Shown: piece after piece, positions 1 to 9,909 of the stretch
How positions within the stretch are numbered: the first letter of the stretch is position 1
How the letters are laid out: each line of letters opens with the position of its first letter
Notes under the pieces: generated by a model
Seen by the model: the letters and a program-made list of their open reading frames with translations, nothing else
Told to the model about the DNA's origin: nothing
Databases searched by the model: none
Position numbers and translations under genes: made by a program
NCBI GenBank assembly: GCA_030753015.1
Contig: JASMDC010000004.1
Coordinates: forward strand, 84,046-148,045
DNA length: 64,000 nucleotides
Direction of reading: 5' to 3'
Origin: Candidatus Undinarchaeales archaeon
GTDB taxonomy: Archaea > SpSt-1190 > JASMDC01

Positions 1-1362
1 TACGAGCTCGCCCCGGGCCTCGGAGATGGCCGCGCCCGCCTTGGCAGCAGCCCCGCTCGCCTGGGCCACGGTCTCGGGTATGTCCTTCGGTCCCTGGGAT
101 ACTCCTGCGACGAATATCCCCGGCCGGTTCGTCTCCAGGGGCCTGTCCAGCGAGGTCCGCAGGTAGCCGAAGTCATCAATCTCAAGGCCGAGCGTCTCCG
201 CGAGCCTGGATATGTTGGGTGTCGGGTCGAGCCCGGTACCGAGCACCACCATGTCGAAGTCCATCGTCCGGATCTTTCCGGTGTCCAGGTCCTCGTACTT
301 GAGCGAGAGGCCCTCTGTCCTGGGATCTATCCGGATCGCGCCGATCCGTGATCGTACGTAAGTGATCCCGAACTCGTTCTTGCCCCTCTCGTAGAACTCG
401 TTGAACGCCTTACCACAGGCACGGACGTCCATGTAGAACATGTAGGGCTCGATGTCCGGATCGTGCTCTTTTGCGATGATTGCCTCTTTCGTCGTCATCA
501 TGCAGCATACCGACGAGCAGAGGTCCCTGTTGATGTGGGGGTTCCTCGAACCCACGCATTGGATGAACGCGATCCTTCGCGGCGTTGTTCCGTCCGACGG
601 CTTCTTCACATGTCCGCCGGTAGGACCGGAGGCGCTGAGGTATCGCTCGAACTCCAGCGAGGTCAGGACGTCGGGATGATGGTAGCCGAGCTCCGTCTGG
701 TTGGTAGGATCGAACGGAGTGAAGCCCGTGGCGACGATGACCGAGCCGACGTCGATGTCGAACTTCCGGTCCTCCTGCTCGAAGTCGATCGCACCGGCCC
801 CGCACGCCTTCTCACAGAGGCGACACACACCCTTCGCGTGATAGAGACATTTCTCCTTGTCCATCACGGCAACCAGAGGCACAGCCTGGGGGAAGGGGAT
901 GCGGACGTTCTTGGTAACGACCGTCCCGGCGTTGTACTCGTCGGAAATCTTTATGGGGCATTTCTCCTGGCATAGCCCACAGCCGGTACACTTCTCCTCG
1001 TCCACAAAACGTGTCTTCTTCTTGATGGTGAGGCTGAAAGCACCCGCCTCTCCAGTGATGCCCTCCACCGTGGACATGGTCAGGAGCTCTATGTTCGGAT
1101 GCCGCGCAATCCCAACGAGCTTCGGGCCCAGGATGCACATAGAGCAGTCGAGTGTGGGGAAGGTCTTGTCCAGCTGCGCCATCCGTCCACCGATGCTCGG
1201 CCCCTTCTCGATGAGGTACACCTTGAACCCAGAATCAGCAAGGTCGAGGGACGCCTGCATCCCGGCGATCCCGCCGCCGATGACCGCGACGGCGCCAACC
1301 TTCTTGCTCGCCGGTGGTGCCCCCTGGGCCTTATCATCCTTGGTCTCGTCAGTGTTGTTCAT
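1..1362 (-). CDS. hdrA: Heterodisulfide reductase subunit A-like flavoprotein (5' part; runs off the window edge)
   Basis: Hand translation from ATG at 1362: MNNTDETK..VAVIGGGIAGMQASLDLA (FAD), GGRMAQLDKTFPTLDCSMCILGPK, CTGCGLCQEKCP, FIQCVGSR..CSSVCC, GPKDIPETVAQASGAAAKA. No stop inside the window, so it is missing from the ORF track. Confidence 0.93.
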   Translation of the reverse strand, partial: MNNTDETKDDKAQGAPPASKKVGAVAVIGGGIAGMQASLDLADSGFKVYLIEKGPSIGGRMAQLDKTFPTLDCSMCILGPKLVGIARHPNIELLTMSTVEGITGEAGAFSLTIKKKTRFVDEEKCTGCGLCQEKCPIKISDEYNAGTVVTKNVRIPFPQAVPLVAVMDKEKCLYHAKGVCRLCEKACGAGAIDFEQEDRKFDIDVGSVIVATGFTPFDPTNQTELGYHHPDVLTSLEFERYLSASGPTGGHVKKPSDGTTPRRIAFIQCVGSRNPHINRDLCSSVCCMMTTKEAIIAKEHDPDIEPYMFYMDVRACGKAFNEFYERGKNEFGITYVRSRIGAIRIDPRTEGLSLKYEDLDTGKIRTMDFDMVVLGTGLDPTPNISRLAETLGLEIDDFGYLRTSLDRPLETNRPGIFVAGVSQGPKDIPETVAQASGAAAKAGAAISEARGELV

Positions 1363-1363
1363 C

Positions 1364-2221
1364 TCACTCCACCTCCAAGACCTTCAGCGGGGATACCATG
1401 TTCCGGCTCAGGCCCAGTTCCGAGGGATCTATCCCGAGGGCATAACCGAGGAGCTGTGTGAAGTAGAGGATCGGGATCTGGAACTTCTTCTTGAGCACCC
1501 GCTCCACCTTGAACTGGATCCCGTCCAGGGCCATGTGACACATGGGGCAGGGAACGACGATGAAGTCTGCTCCCGCGTCCTGCGCCTCGGTGAGGATCTC
1601 CCCCGCCAGGGCGTAGGCATGATCCTCGTTCGTTACCATGAGCGGACCGCCGCAGCATTTGGACTTCCTCTCGAAGGGCAGGGGCTCCGCTCCCGCGAGC
1701 TTGATGATGGTATCGAGCGACGTGGGATTCTCCGGGTCCTCGTAGGCGACCTCCGCGGGCCGCACGATCAGGCACCCGTAGTAGCCGACGCCCTTCTTCC
1801 CCTTCAGGCGTCGCTTCACCTTCTTCTCGATTTCCTCGGATCCGAGGTCGTTGACGAGCACATCGAGAAAACGCCTCGACTCGACCGTGCCCTCGAATTT
1901 CACGTCCATGATGTCGTTGATCTTGGTACGGAGCGCCTCGTCCTCGAGGAGCTCGCGATGCGCCCTCTTGACCCGGTTGAAGCATGCGCTGCACACCATG
2001 ACGAGGTCCATTCCCTCCTTCTCTGCAACGGCCAGGTTCCTCGCCGGCAGTGCCACCGAGGCGACGTGGTCGAGGGCCCCTACCTCCAACGCACCACAAC
2101 AGTTCCAGTCCTCGATCTCTACAAGCTCGATGCCGAGCGCCTTGGCCACGGCCTTGGTCGACATGTTGTATTCCTTTGCAGAGGAGTCCAGGGAGCACCC
2201 GGGGAAATAGGCGTACTTCAT
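1364..2221 (-). CDS. hdrB: Heterodisulfide reductase subunit B
   Basis: MKYAYFPGCSL, two CCG domains (WNCCGA; KCCGG), CSAC and CPMC motifs. Confidence 0.93.
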   Translation of the reverse strand: MKYAYFPGCSLDSSAKEYNMSTKAVAKALGIELVEIEDWNCCGALEVGALDHVASVALPARNLAVAEKEGMDLVMVCSACFNRVKRAHRELLEDEALRTKINDIMDVKFEGTVESRRFLDVLVNDLGSEEIEKKVKRRLKGKKGVGYYGCLIVRPAEVAYEDPENPTSLDTIIKLAGAEPLPFERKSKCCGGPLMVTNEDHAYALAGEILTEAQDAGADFIVVPCPMCHMALDGIQFKVERVLKKKFQIPILYFTQLLGYALGIDPSELGLSRNMVSPLKVLEVE

Positions 2222-2811
2222 TCCTTCCCCCCCCCCTTTGTACCAAAGAGCCTTCTGACCTTCGAGGAGCCCTCTATCCAGTGGGGCAGCAGCGGGATCT
2301 TACCCTTGAGGAACATCCTGAGCCCGAGCTCCGTGTAGCCGAGCGCGCCGATGGGCCCCTTTCCGAAGAGGAGGTATCGGGTCATCATCTCGGGCTCGAA
2401 GATGCGTCCATAGCGGCGGACGGTCCCGGCGAACGCCCGATCGAAGATGGGCTTGGAGCTACCGAGCTTGATGCGGCCCGCATCCGATTCCTTGAGCGCG
2501 ATCCTTCGCAGGGATTCGACGACGTCGGTGAACCGCACGTTCTGTGGACATCGCTCGTAGCACATCAGACATCCGGCACAGTTCCAGATGTCCTCGGAGG
2601 AGAGCACGTCCTCCCGCATCCCCAGCAGGACCTTCCGGATGATTCGGCGGGGATTGAATCCATCATCGAGCTCGGTGATGGGGCATGAGAGCGTGCACGA
2701 GCTGCACTGGAAGCAGGCCTTGATGTTCTCGCCCCCGGGCTCTCGGGCCACCTCGTGCTTGAATTCCGAATCAAGGAGAGCGATCTCGACTTTATTTTCA
2801 TCCGCTGCCAT
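2218..2811 (-). CDS. hdrC: Heterodisulfide reductase subunit C
   Basis: CFQCSSCTLSCP and IWNCAGCLMCYERCP 4Fe-4S motifs; stop overlaps the hdrB start. Start at 2811 preferred (the ORF track gives 2859). Confidence 0.9.
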   Translation of the reverse strand: MAADENKVEIALLDSEFKHEVAREPGGENIKACFQCSSCTLSCPITELDDGFNPRRIIRKVLLGMREDVLSSEDIWNCAGCLMCYERCPQNVRFTDVVESLRRIALKESDAGRIKLGSSKPIFDRAFAGTVRRYGRIFEPEMMTRYLLFGKGPIGALGYTELGLRMFLKGKIPLLPHWIEGSSKVRRLFGTKGGGKE

Positions 2812-3118
2812 GCGCGATTCCTCCAGAGCAGAGAGGGTCTTAAACCTTCCTTTTTCCATTTGGTCGGGGACGTACCTTCACGATATCCGATCCCTCCGGG
2901 ACGTGCGTCGCGGCCGGGGATGATCCGTGTGGATATTCCCTATTTCCGATGGAGCTATTAACGATTGTTATCGCCATTGGGAGGGCATTTTTAAGGGTTG
3001 CTAAGATGCCCTCGCGTTTTTAATTAGAACCGGCATATCGGTTAACATTCCATGAGGCGATCCGGCGCATCCCGCCACCACAACCCCAGATCCCGGTGGG
3101 TATGTCCGTCCCACCATC

Positions 3119-3295
3119 CTAATCTGTGCGAGGTTTGCCCTCTTCCGGATCGTCATCACTGGAAACACCCTTCTTGAATTCGGACCGTGCCCTGCCAAGT
3201 GACCTGGCGAGCTCAGGTATCCTCTTCGCTCCGAAGAGGAGGACCGCTACCAGTAATATGACCAGCCATTCCGAGAGACCGACAGAGAATACCAT
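3119..3295 (-). CDS. tatA: Twin-arginine translocase TatA (58 aa, below the ORF-track cutoff)
   Basis: MVFSVGLSEWLVILLVAVLLFGAKRIPELARSLGRARSEFKKG: TM helix, FG hinge and amphipathic helix typical of TatA. Confidence 0.92.
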   Translation of the reverse strand: MVFSVGLSEWLVILLVAVLLFGAKRIPELARSLGRARSEFKKGVSSDDDPEEGKPRTD

Positions 3296-3308
3296 GGTTT
3301 TTCACATC

Positions 3309-4640
3309 CTAAGGTAAGTTATCAAGAGAGTCCATGAGGAGAACGTCCACTTCCGATCCCGCCTCGAGAGGCTCCCTTCCGGGAGGGATTACCGCAAGGC
3401 CGTGGGATCCCATCATCGAGAGCAGGCGCGACGAGCCATGGCGTCCCGCCGCCATCCTTGCGATGTATTTTCCTTCGGACAAGCTGAGGGAGACAGCTAT
3501 GATGCGGGTCTTCTTGGCCTCCCTCTTGAGGCCTGTCTCAAGGACCGCCTTTACACTTGGCCGCTGGTACTGTTTCCTTCCACTCAGGCGTAGCACCATG
3601 GGGCGGCCGAACAGCTCGAAGGCGATCATGGCAGCGAGCGGATTGCCGGGGAGACCCAGGACGGGGCTCGCGCCGATCCTACCGAATGCCACAGGCTTCC
3701 CGGGCTTCATGGATACCTTCCAGAAGATGAGCTCACCTATCTCGTCCAGAGTGCGGGTGACCAGATCGAACTTCCCCATGGAGACGCCGCCGGACGTGAC
3801 GATCGCGTCCGCCTTCAGCCCTTCCTCAAGTCGGGACGTCAACTCATCCTGGTTATCTCGGGCCGTAGGAAGGAGGATGGGAATCCCGCCCGCACGTGAT
3901 ACCTGGGACGCGATGAAGTACCGGTTCGCATCCCATATCTTGCCTGGGGAGAGCCTGAGACCCTCATCGAGGTCCTCGATCTCCCCTCCAGTTGAGATGA
4001 TCGCGATCCGGGGTCTCCGGTGGACCGGGATGCGGCCAATCCCGATTGATGCCAGTATACCCACCTCCGGTGGGCGGACGACCGAGCCTTTAGTCACGGC
4101 GACCTCACCCGCGTGGAGGTTCTCCCCGCAGAGGGCGACGTGCTTCCCCTCCTTGGACTCATAGAGGATCTCAACTTGGTCCTCGCGGGGCCTAGTCCTC
4201 TCCACCATCACAACCGCATCGGCTCCAGCAGGGAGGAGTGCTCCGGTCATAATCCGTATCGCGTCCCCGGCCCCCACTTTAAGTGTGGACGCCGAGCCGG
4301 CCTCTAGCTCCCCCACCACTCTGAGGGTGGCAGGTGAATCCTCGCTCGCACCTCGCGTGTCCGACGCACGCACGGCGTAGCCGTCCATGGCTGCCCGGTC
4401 GAAAGGGGGTACGTTCATGGGGGAGACTATGTCCTCGGCAAGGACCCTGCTGAGAGCATCGAGGATCGGGACGTTCTCGATTCCCTCTACCACGTTGGTA
4501 CAGGAGAATATGTGGGAGAGCGCCTCATCTATGGGAATGAGGCTCGGAGGGGCTGTCGATAGGAGAGGCATTCCCTCATCCCAAGGTGATGGGACGGCAA
4601 CGACATTCTTCCTGGCACGTTCTCGTTCCATCCCTATCAC
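3309..4640 (-). CDS. moeA: Molybdopterin molybdotransferase MoeA
   Basis: PPFDRAAMDGYAV, IMTGALLPAGADAVVMVE, SGGVSMGKFD, KPGKP, LPGNP motifs. Confidence 0.93.
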   Translation of the reverse strand: MIGMERERARKNVVAVPSPWDEGMPLLSTAPPSLIPIDEALSHIFSCTNVVEGIENVPILDALSRVLAEDIVSPMNVPPFDRAAMDGYAVRASDTRGASEDSPATLRVVGELEAGSASTLKVGAGDAIRIMTGALLPAGADAVVMVERTRPREDQVEILYESKEGKHVALCGENLHAGEVAVTKGSVVRPPEVGILASIGIGRIPVHRRPRIAIISTGGEIEDLDEGLRLSPGKIWDANRYFIASQVSRAGGIPILLPTARDNQDELTSRLEEGLKADAIVTSGGVSMGKFDLVTRTLDEIGELIFWKVSMKPGKPVAFGRIGASPVLGLPGNPLAAMIAFELFGRPMVLRLSGRKQYQRPSVKAVLETGLKREAKKTRIIAVSLSLSEGKYIARMAAGRHGSSRLLSMMGSHGLAVIPPGREPLEAGSEVDVLLMDSLDNLP

Positions 4641-4656
4641 TCCTGGAACATATCAC

Positions 4657-5295
4657 TTACACATCTTCGGTCCCGAGCCGGTCCCGTTCGCTAAGGATGA
4701 AGCTCTCCATGGCTCCCGCCACCTCCAGGTAGAGGGGATTGGTAGTGGAGCTGCGGATCTTGTCGCAGAGCTGTGTGATCCACTTGGCAAGATGCTTGTC
4801 GATGAACTTCCTTTGAATATCCCGCGTTCGGCGGACTGCGTCGTCATCCCTCTTCCCTAGCTCTTCAGCCTCTCTACGGCAAAGCAGTTCCATGAATCCC
4901 AGCTCCACCCCTATGTGATCGTGTGGCTCGGGAAAGCTGGTGGGGAGTGCCACTCCTGTTTCCATGTACATGCTCTCAACAGCATGTGTGGACTTCCCCA
5001 AGACCTGGCCCCCGGTCTCCCCCTCTGTATCGAGATAGACCGATTCGAATGGTTTCACGTACAGGGTACCCGGGACTATGAAGAGGGTGTTGAACTCGAT
5101 TACGGTGTCCTCCAACACGGGACGAGGAACGTCTTTCTCGCCTTTTACGCGTGGGGCCAGTTCGCGGAGTACTCTCTTCTCAAGGATGGCGCTCAGCAAG
5201 TTGTCCGTCGGTTCCAGGAGGACCGACCGGGAGAGCAACGCGTAGATGCTCTCCCGGGCACTCGCCTCGTCCTGTTTGGTCCTGGGGCGAGACAC
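4657..5295 (-). CDS. TorD/DmsD-family molybdoenzyme chaperone
   Basis: PFESVY and EPHDHIGVELGFM motifs; probable GTG start at 5295, just after the ttrA stop. Confidence 0.87.
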   Translation of the reverse strand: MSRPRTKQDEASARESIYALLSRSVLLEPTDNLLSAILEKRVLRELAPRVKGEKDVPRPVLEDTVIEFNTLFIVPGTLYVKPFESVYLDTEGETGGQVLGKSTHAVESMYMETGVALPTSFPEPHDHIGVELGFMELLCRREAEELGKRDDDAVRRTRDIQRKFIDKHLAKWITQLCDKIRSSTTNPLYLEVAGAMESFILSERDRLGTEDV

Positions 5296-5302
5296 GAATG
5301 TC

Positions 5303-8170
5303 TCACCCGATGCGCTTGATCTCGACTGCAGTGTCGTAGAAGGACGAACTCCCGCCGATGGGATCCTGGAGTCCGATGTCCTTGAGCACTGGATCAAGGC
5401 GCATGATCGGATTCCCCGACACACCAGCGCCCCTCCATGTCTGGGCCTCGGTCTTCGTCCCGTCGACATCGGTCGCCTTGGCGCCGTACTCCCAGTGGCC
5501 GTAGGAGTGGCAGATGTTCACCACACCGGGCCGGACGCCCTCTATGACTAGTGCCTTGCCCTCGACACCCTTGCTGGAGCTTGCGGACGTTATACGAATG
5601 CGGTCGCCTGTCTTGATACTCCTTGCCGCGGCGTCCTTCGAGTTGATCTCAATGGAGTTCTCGGGCTCGAGCTCCATGAGCCACTCGTTCTGGGCGGTCC
5701 GCGACTGGGTGTGGTACGACTTCTTGTAGGTGTTCAGGACGAGGGGGAAGCCCGAGTTGTCGATGGGTTTCCACATGCAATCCTTGATGGCCTCATACAT
5801 AGGCAGACCGTCGTAGGTCTTGCCGGTCATGGAGTCGATGGTTGTCGCGAGCTTCTCCGAGTAGAAGAGGCAGACGCCCTTCCAGGTATGCGCGTGCACG
5901 TCGTCCTTGTAGCGCTTGGAGTGGTCCTCGAACCGCCCGCCACGGGCGAGGATGTAGTCGACCTTCTCCTGCTCCGTTGAGCCGGGGACACCGTCACCCT
6001 CGCCGGCGATGTTGGCGATACACTTCATGTACCAGTCCACCGCCGAGTTGAGCGGCATCCCGGGGCCGAATCCGTCGTCGCCGTAGCCGGGAAGCCCCAT
6101 CTTCTTGGCGATATCGATGATGACGTCCTCCTCCAGGCGCGTCTCCGGGTACACGGGATCGACGAGCGGGGTACGGACCTGGCTTACCGTGGTGAGGATG
6201 GCAGGCGCCGTGTGCGTCGTTGAGTAGCGCTCCAGGTAGTGGCGGTCGGGAAGTATGTAGTCACAGAGCGCGTCCGTCTCCCCCATGATGGTTGTGAAGG
6301 CTATGTGAAGCGGCAGCTTCTTGGAGTCCTTCAGCATCTCGATGTAGACCGATCCCGCCGGTGTCGAGTAGACCGTGTTCCCCATGTGGTTGATGAGGCA
6401 CTTCACGGGATAAGGGTAGTTGTCCTTGATGCTCGGTACGATCTCCTGCCAGTTCCCGTGGAGGGCCAGGGGGAACCACGGCCGCTTTGCCGGGTAACCG
6501 TTGGTCTTGAACTCCGTGGAGCTCTCGTAGTTCTTCTTCACCCGCGTCAGTGGGATGCCGGAGGCCTTGACCTTCCCGGGATGGAGCTCCTTTGCGAGGT
6601 TGTAGTCGTTGCCCTTCTTCCCGCCGGTCTCGTGCCAGTGGCCTCCGCCCTGGGCCATGCCGCCCTTGAAGCCCACGTTGCCGATGAGCCAGTTGAGCTC
6701 GGCGATGGCCATGGCGTTGTAGGTGCCGTTTGTGTGCTGCACCGTGCCGCGGTAGAAGTCCGCGCACGCCTTCCTCCCGTGGGATGTGAACTCGTCCGCG
6801 GCAGTGGTGATGATGTTGGCGTCCAGCCCGCAGATGTCAGCGTACTCCTGGATCGATTTCTCCATCACCCGCTCCTTCAGGAGCTGGAACACGGTCTTTG
6901 TCTGGATGCCGTTGACATCGACTGCGTTGCCGTCGGGAGTGAAGAGGTCACCCGCGTCGGCCTTGTCGGCGATGGCGGGTGCCCCACCTGAGAGAACCAC
7001 CAGTTGCTCGTCCGTGCCCTCGGGAAGGCCTGCGGCGTCGGCACGCAAGTACTTCATGGTGTCCAGTCGCACGAGCCAGGTGGCGTCCGACCAGTTGGGG
7101 ATGCCGTCGGCAGAGGCTGCGTCCTTGCTCGGGTTCTCGAGGTACTTCGTGTCGAAACGCCAGTTCTCGAAGATCCAGCGCATCATGCCCAGGGCGAACG
7201 CGGCGTCAGTGCCCATCTTGATGGGAATCCACTGGTTCGCCTTCGCTGCGGACTTGGAGTACCGCGGGTCGACGATGACCAGCTTACCGCCCCGCACTCT
7301 CATCTGGACGAGCTTGCGCGCCAGCGCCTGCATGGGGAAGTTCGCCTCGATAGGGGAAGAGCCGAACCAGATGATGTACTCGGAGTTCTCGATATCGGGC
7401 TTGAGATGGTTCTTGGGCTTGCCGCCGAGGCCTCCCTTGTGGAGGAGGAGCTCGTAGCCCACGTGGTGACTGGTCTCGCAGATGCTCGTGTGGTCGATCC
7501 GCTTGTTGGTCGTCCCAAAGGAGCTTCCGAAGAAGCGGTCCGTGAACTCCTTGCGCCCGTGCTCGGAGCGTCCCACGCTGTAGACGAGCTGGTTGGCCTT
7601 GGGACCCAGCTCGGGGGCGTTGGCGTCGATGGGGGTGTCAAGGTCGCGGATTGCCGCAAGCCCGTCCACTTGACCCTCGCCGAACAGGTCCCCGCCGTTT
7701 ATGATCTCGTCGATCGCCTGGTCCCAGGAGATCCGCTTCCACTTGCCCGAGCCCCGGGGGCCCGCGCGCTTCAGCGGGTACTTCACCCGAAGGGGATCGT
7801 AGAGCTCCTTGAAGCCTGCCTGTCCCTTCACGCAGGCGGTCCCCGCGATCTTCATGGCTTCGGACGGGTCCGTGGCGTAGGGGAGATGGGGCTCCTTCGT
7901 GCGCGGGTCGTAGGGGTTGCCGTCGATCTTGATGATCCGGCCGTCCTTGATCCGTGCACGAATAGCGCACCCGCTGTGGCACATGAGGCAGGTGCTGTAC
8001 TTGACCTGCACTCCGGCGTCCATTTCAGTGTTCCCTTCCGGCCCTACCTTGTAGGCCGTTGCGGGGACGAAAAGCTTATCCCGTCCCTCGAGGGCTAGCA
8101 CGGCCGCTGCCGCAGCCCCCACCTTGATCATACCGAACATGTTGCGCCGGGATATCTTCTTGCTATTCAT
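5303..8170 (-). CDS. Tat-exported molybdopterin oxidoreductase catalytic subunit, tetrathionate reductase TtrA/SrdA-like
   Basis: Tat signal ISRRNMF; CLMCHSGC...C 4Fe-4S; GNPYDP...ACVKG; HTSIC putative Mo-Cys ligand; C-terminal molydopterin-binding domain; B-C-A gene order as in ttrBCA. Substrate uncertain. Confidence 0.82.
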   Translation of the reverse strand: MNSKKISRRNMFGMIKVGAAAAAVLALEGRDKLFVPATAYKVGPEGNTEMDAGVQVKYSTCLMCHSGCAIRARIKDGRIIKIDGNPYDPRTKEPHLPYATDPSEAMKIAGTACVKGQAGFKELYDPLRVKYPLKRAGPRGSGKWKRISWDQAIDEIINGGDLFGEGQVDGLAAIRDLDTPIDANAPELGPKANQLVYSVGRSEHGRKEFTDRFFGSSFGTTNKRIDHTSICETSHHVGYELLLHKGGLGGKPKNHLKPDIENSEYIIWFGSSPIEANFPMQALARKLVQMRVRGGKLVIVDPRYSKSAAKANQWIPIKMGTDAAFALGMMRWIFENWRFDTKYLENPSKDAASADGIPNWSDATWLVRLDTMKYLRADAAGLPEGTDEQLVVLSGGAPAIADKADAGDLFTPDGNAVDVNGIQTKTVFQLLKERVMEKSIQEYADICGLDANIITTAADEFTSHGRKACADFYRGTVQHTNGTYNAMAIAELNWLIGNVGFKGGMAQGGGHWHETGGKKGNDYNLAKELHPGKVKASGIPLTRVKKNYESSTEFKTNGYPAKRPWFPLALHGNWQEIVPSIKDNYPYPVKCLINHMGNTVYSTPAGSVYIEMLKDSKKLPLHIAFTTIMGETDALCDYILPDRHYLERYSTTHTAPAILTTVSQVRTPLVDPVYPETRLEEDVIIDIAKKMGLPGYGDDGFGPGMPLNSAVDWYMKCIANIAGEGDGVPGSTEQEKVDYILARGGRFEDHSKRYKDDVHAHTWKGVCLFYSEKLATTIDSMTGKTYDGLPMYEAIKDCMWKPIDNSGFPLVLNTYKKSYHTQSRTAQNEWLMELEPENSIEINSKDAAARSIKTGDRIRITSASSSKGVEGKALVIEGVRPGVVNICHSYGHWEYGAKATDVDGTKTEAQTWRGAGVSGNPIMRLDPVLKDIGLQDPIGGSSSFYDTAVEIKRIG

Positions 8171-8186
8171 GATAATCACCTTCCTC

Positions 8187-9212
8187 CTAGGACAGGGGAA
8201 TCGTCTGACCCCCAATTATCAGAACGTACTTCATAGCGAACACCCCGATGAGCACGAGGAGCGACACCAGCTGGTAGGTGGCGACGGACTCTCCGCCGAT
8301 GAAGACCAGAATGGCCAGAGGGATGAGCAAACCCACTACGACCTGTCCGCCGATGTACAGGGTGCTCATGCTCCCCTCGGTGAGGAGCTTGGCCGTGGCC
8401 TGGCCCTCGGCGCCCGAGTACTTCAGGACGATCATGTCCGAGAACACCAGGATCAGTTCGAAGGCAAGGAAGATCGCAAGAATCGTTCCCAGGAGCGAGA
8501 TGACCTCGCCCTTCGTGGGACAGTAGTCGTCCTCAGACTCCGCCTTCACCACCTTCGCAGCGGGCTTCGGCTTGGCCTCCTCCTTGGACTCCTTGACTGT
8601 CTTCTCTTCCTTCTCCTCCTCTTCGGCCTCGTCATCCTCTTCTTCGTCAGCCTTCTTCGGGCAGCTGTGCGCGGGACCAATTATCCCGTGGACGAGGATG
8701 ATGAGGGCGGCCGATGACGTGATCGCCGACACCAGGAACACCAGGGGAAGTGTGGGGCTATGCCAGAGCGGACGCTGTCGGATCACACCGAAGAGAACAC
8801 CCTTGTACATCTCGATGGCAACGGCGGAGAGGAAGCCGAGCTTGCCGGCGAATTGGACGAGATCGTTCTTCCCGGTATTGAGGGCATAGAAGTAGAGCGC
8901 GCTCATCAGTGTGAAGAGAGATCCGATGTACACGTCCCAGGTCATGGGAGAGGTCACGTTCACCCTGAAGAACAGGGTTATGAAGCGCTCAGGGCGCCCC
9001 ATCTCTGCGATGATGAAGAGGGGACCGACCATGGCGAAGATCAGCGCCAGGAGGGCTGCCGTCTTCGCAATGGGCTTGAGCCGGCGTATACCGAACACCG
9101 GACCCAGGGTGGCGAGCATGAAGGAACCCGCCCCGAGCCCCAGAAGGGTCGAGTAGATCACGACGAGGTTCCCCCAGAAGAGCTCAGTGACGACCGTGTG
9201 GAAGATCGCCAT
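8187..9212 (-). CDS. NrfD/PsrC/TtrC-family membrane quinol-interacting subunit
   Basis: Multi-TM protein with EMGRPERF, TSPMTW and RPLWHSP motifs; carries an acidic/Lys-rich insertion. Confidence 0.9.
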   Translation of the reverse strand: MAIFHTVVTELFWGNLVVIYSTLLGLGAGSFMLATLGPVFGIRRLKPIAKTAALLALIFAMVGPLFIIAEMGRPERFITLFFRVNVTSPMTWDVYIGSLFTLMSALYFYALNTGKNDLVQFAGKLGFLSAVAIEMYKGVLFGVIRQRPLWHSPTLPLVFLVSAITSSAALIILVHGIIGPAHSCPKKADEEEDDEAEEEEKEEKTVKESKEEAKPKPAAKVVKAESEDDYCPTKGEVISLLGTILAIFLAFELILVFSDMIVLKYSGAEGQATAKLLTEGSMSTLYIGGQVVVGLLIPLAILVFIGGESVATYQLVSLLVLIGVFAMKYVLIIGGQTIPLS

Positions 9213-9213
9213 G

Positions 9214-9909
9214 CTAGAAACCCCCTTCGTATGACTCTTCCTCAATTCTGCCCATGATCGTTCCCTCCGGATAGATGTAGAACACGTGGGGATCGGTCCC
9301 GAGCTCGGGCTTCAGCACGATGGTCGGGTTCTGGCTGATGAGCTTGAAGGCCTCGCTATCGGGATCGGTTAGGTCGCCGAAGACGCGTGCCCTTCCCGTG
9401 CAGTTGTCTACACAGACGGGCTTCAGGCCCTTATCAACCCGGTGGGAGCAGAACGTGCACTTGTTCGCCACGCCATCGATCGGGTTGCGGAAGCGGGCGT
9501 CGTAGGGGCAGGCGACGATGCAGTAGCCGCACCCGACACAGATGTCGTAATCGATGAGCACGATGCCGTCGTCCCTCTTGTGGGCTGCCTTCGTGGGGCA
9601 GACGGAGACGCATGGGGGGTCCTCACAGTGGTTGCACAGGCGGGGAAGGAACTGCCGTGAGACGTTCGGGTACTTGCCTTGCTCCACATCCTTCACCCAT
9701 GCGCGCCATTTACCCTTGGGGACCTCGTACTCGCTCTTGCACGCTATTGTGCAGCTGTGGCACCCGGTGCATTTGCGCAGGTCGATGACCATGCCGTAAC
9801 GCGGTCCGGGGTGTGTGGGATGTCCCGCCAGCGACGATATAGGCACCATCGCTGCCGCGGCGGCGGTTGCGGCGACCGCCTTTACTACGTTCCGTCTCTT
9901 TTCGTCCAA
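9214..9909 (-). CDS. 4x[4Fe-4S] electron-transfer subunit, TtrB/PsrB-like
   Basis: TTG start after GGAGGG; Tat-like KRRNVVK; CTGCHSCTIAC, CNHCEDPPCVSVCP, CVGCGYCIVACPY, KCTFC. Confidence 0.92.
   Translation of the reverse strand: MDEKRRNVVKAVAATAAAAAMVPISSLAGHPTHPGPRYGMVIDLRKCTGCHSCTIACKSEYEVPKGKWRAWVKDVEQGKYPNVSRQFLPRLCNHCEDPPCVSVCPTKAAHKRDDGIVLIDYDICVGCGYCIVACPYDARFRNPIDGVANKCTFCSHRVDKGLKPVCVDNCTGRARVFGDLTDPDSEAFKLISQNPTIVLKPELGTDPHVFYIYPEGTIMGRIEEESYEGGF

Noticed and set aside
1-1362. Selenocysteine in HdrA or the molybdoenzymes
   Set aside because: The relevant positions are Cys (TLDCSMCIL; HTSIC) or Asp. No in-frame TGA was seen in these frames.
857-2338. Long antisense or alternate-frame ORFs (e.g. 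857..2338, 14217..15884, 18447..20645, 40921..42129)
   Set aside because: They are shadows of real genes caused by high-GC codon bias and have no motifs of their own.
1-2811. Methanogenesis inferred from hdrABC
   Set aside because: Hdr-like complexes are widespread in non-methanogens, and no mcr or mtr genes are present here.
5296-5469. 167-nt overlap between torD and ttrA in the ORF track
   Set aside because: The N-terminal extension is not TorD-like; a GTG at 5295 removes the overlap.
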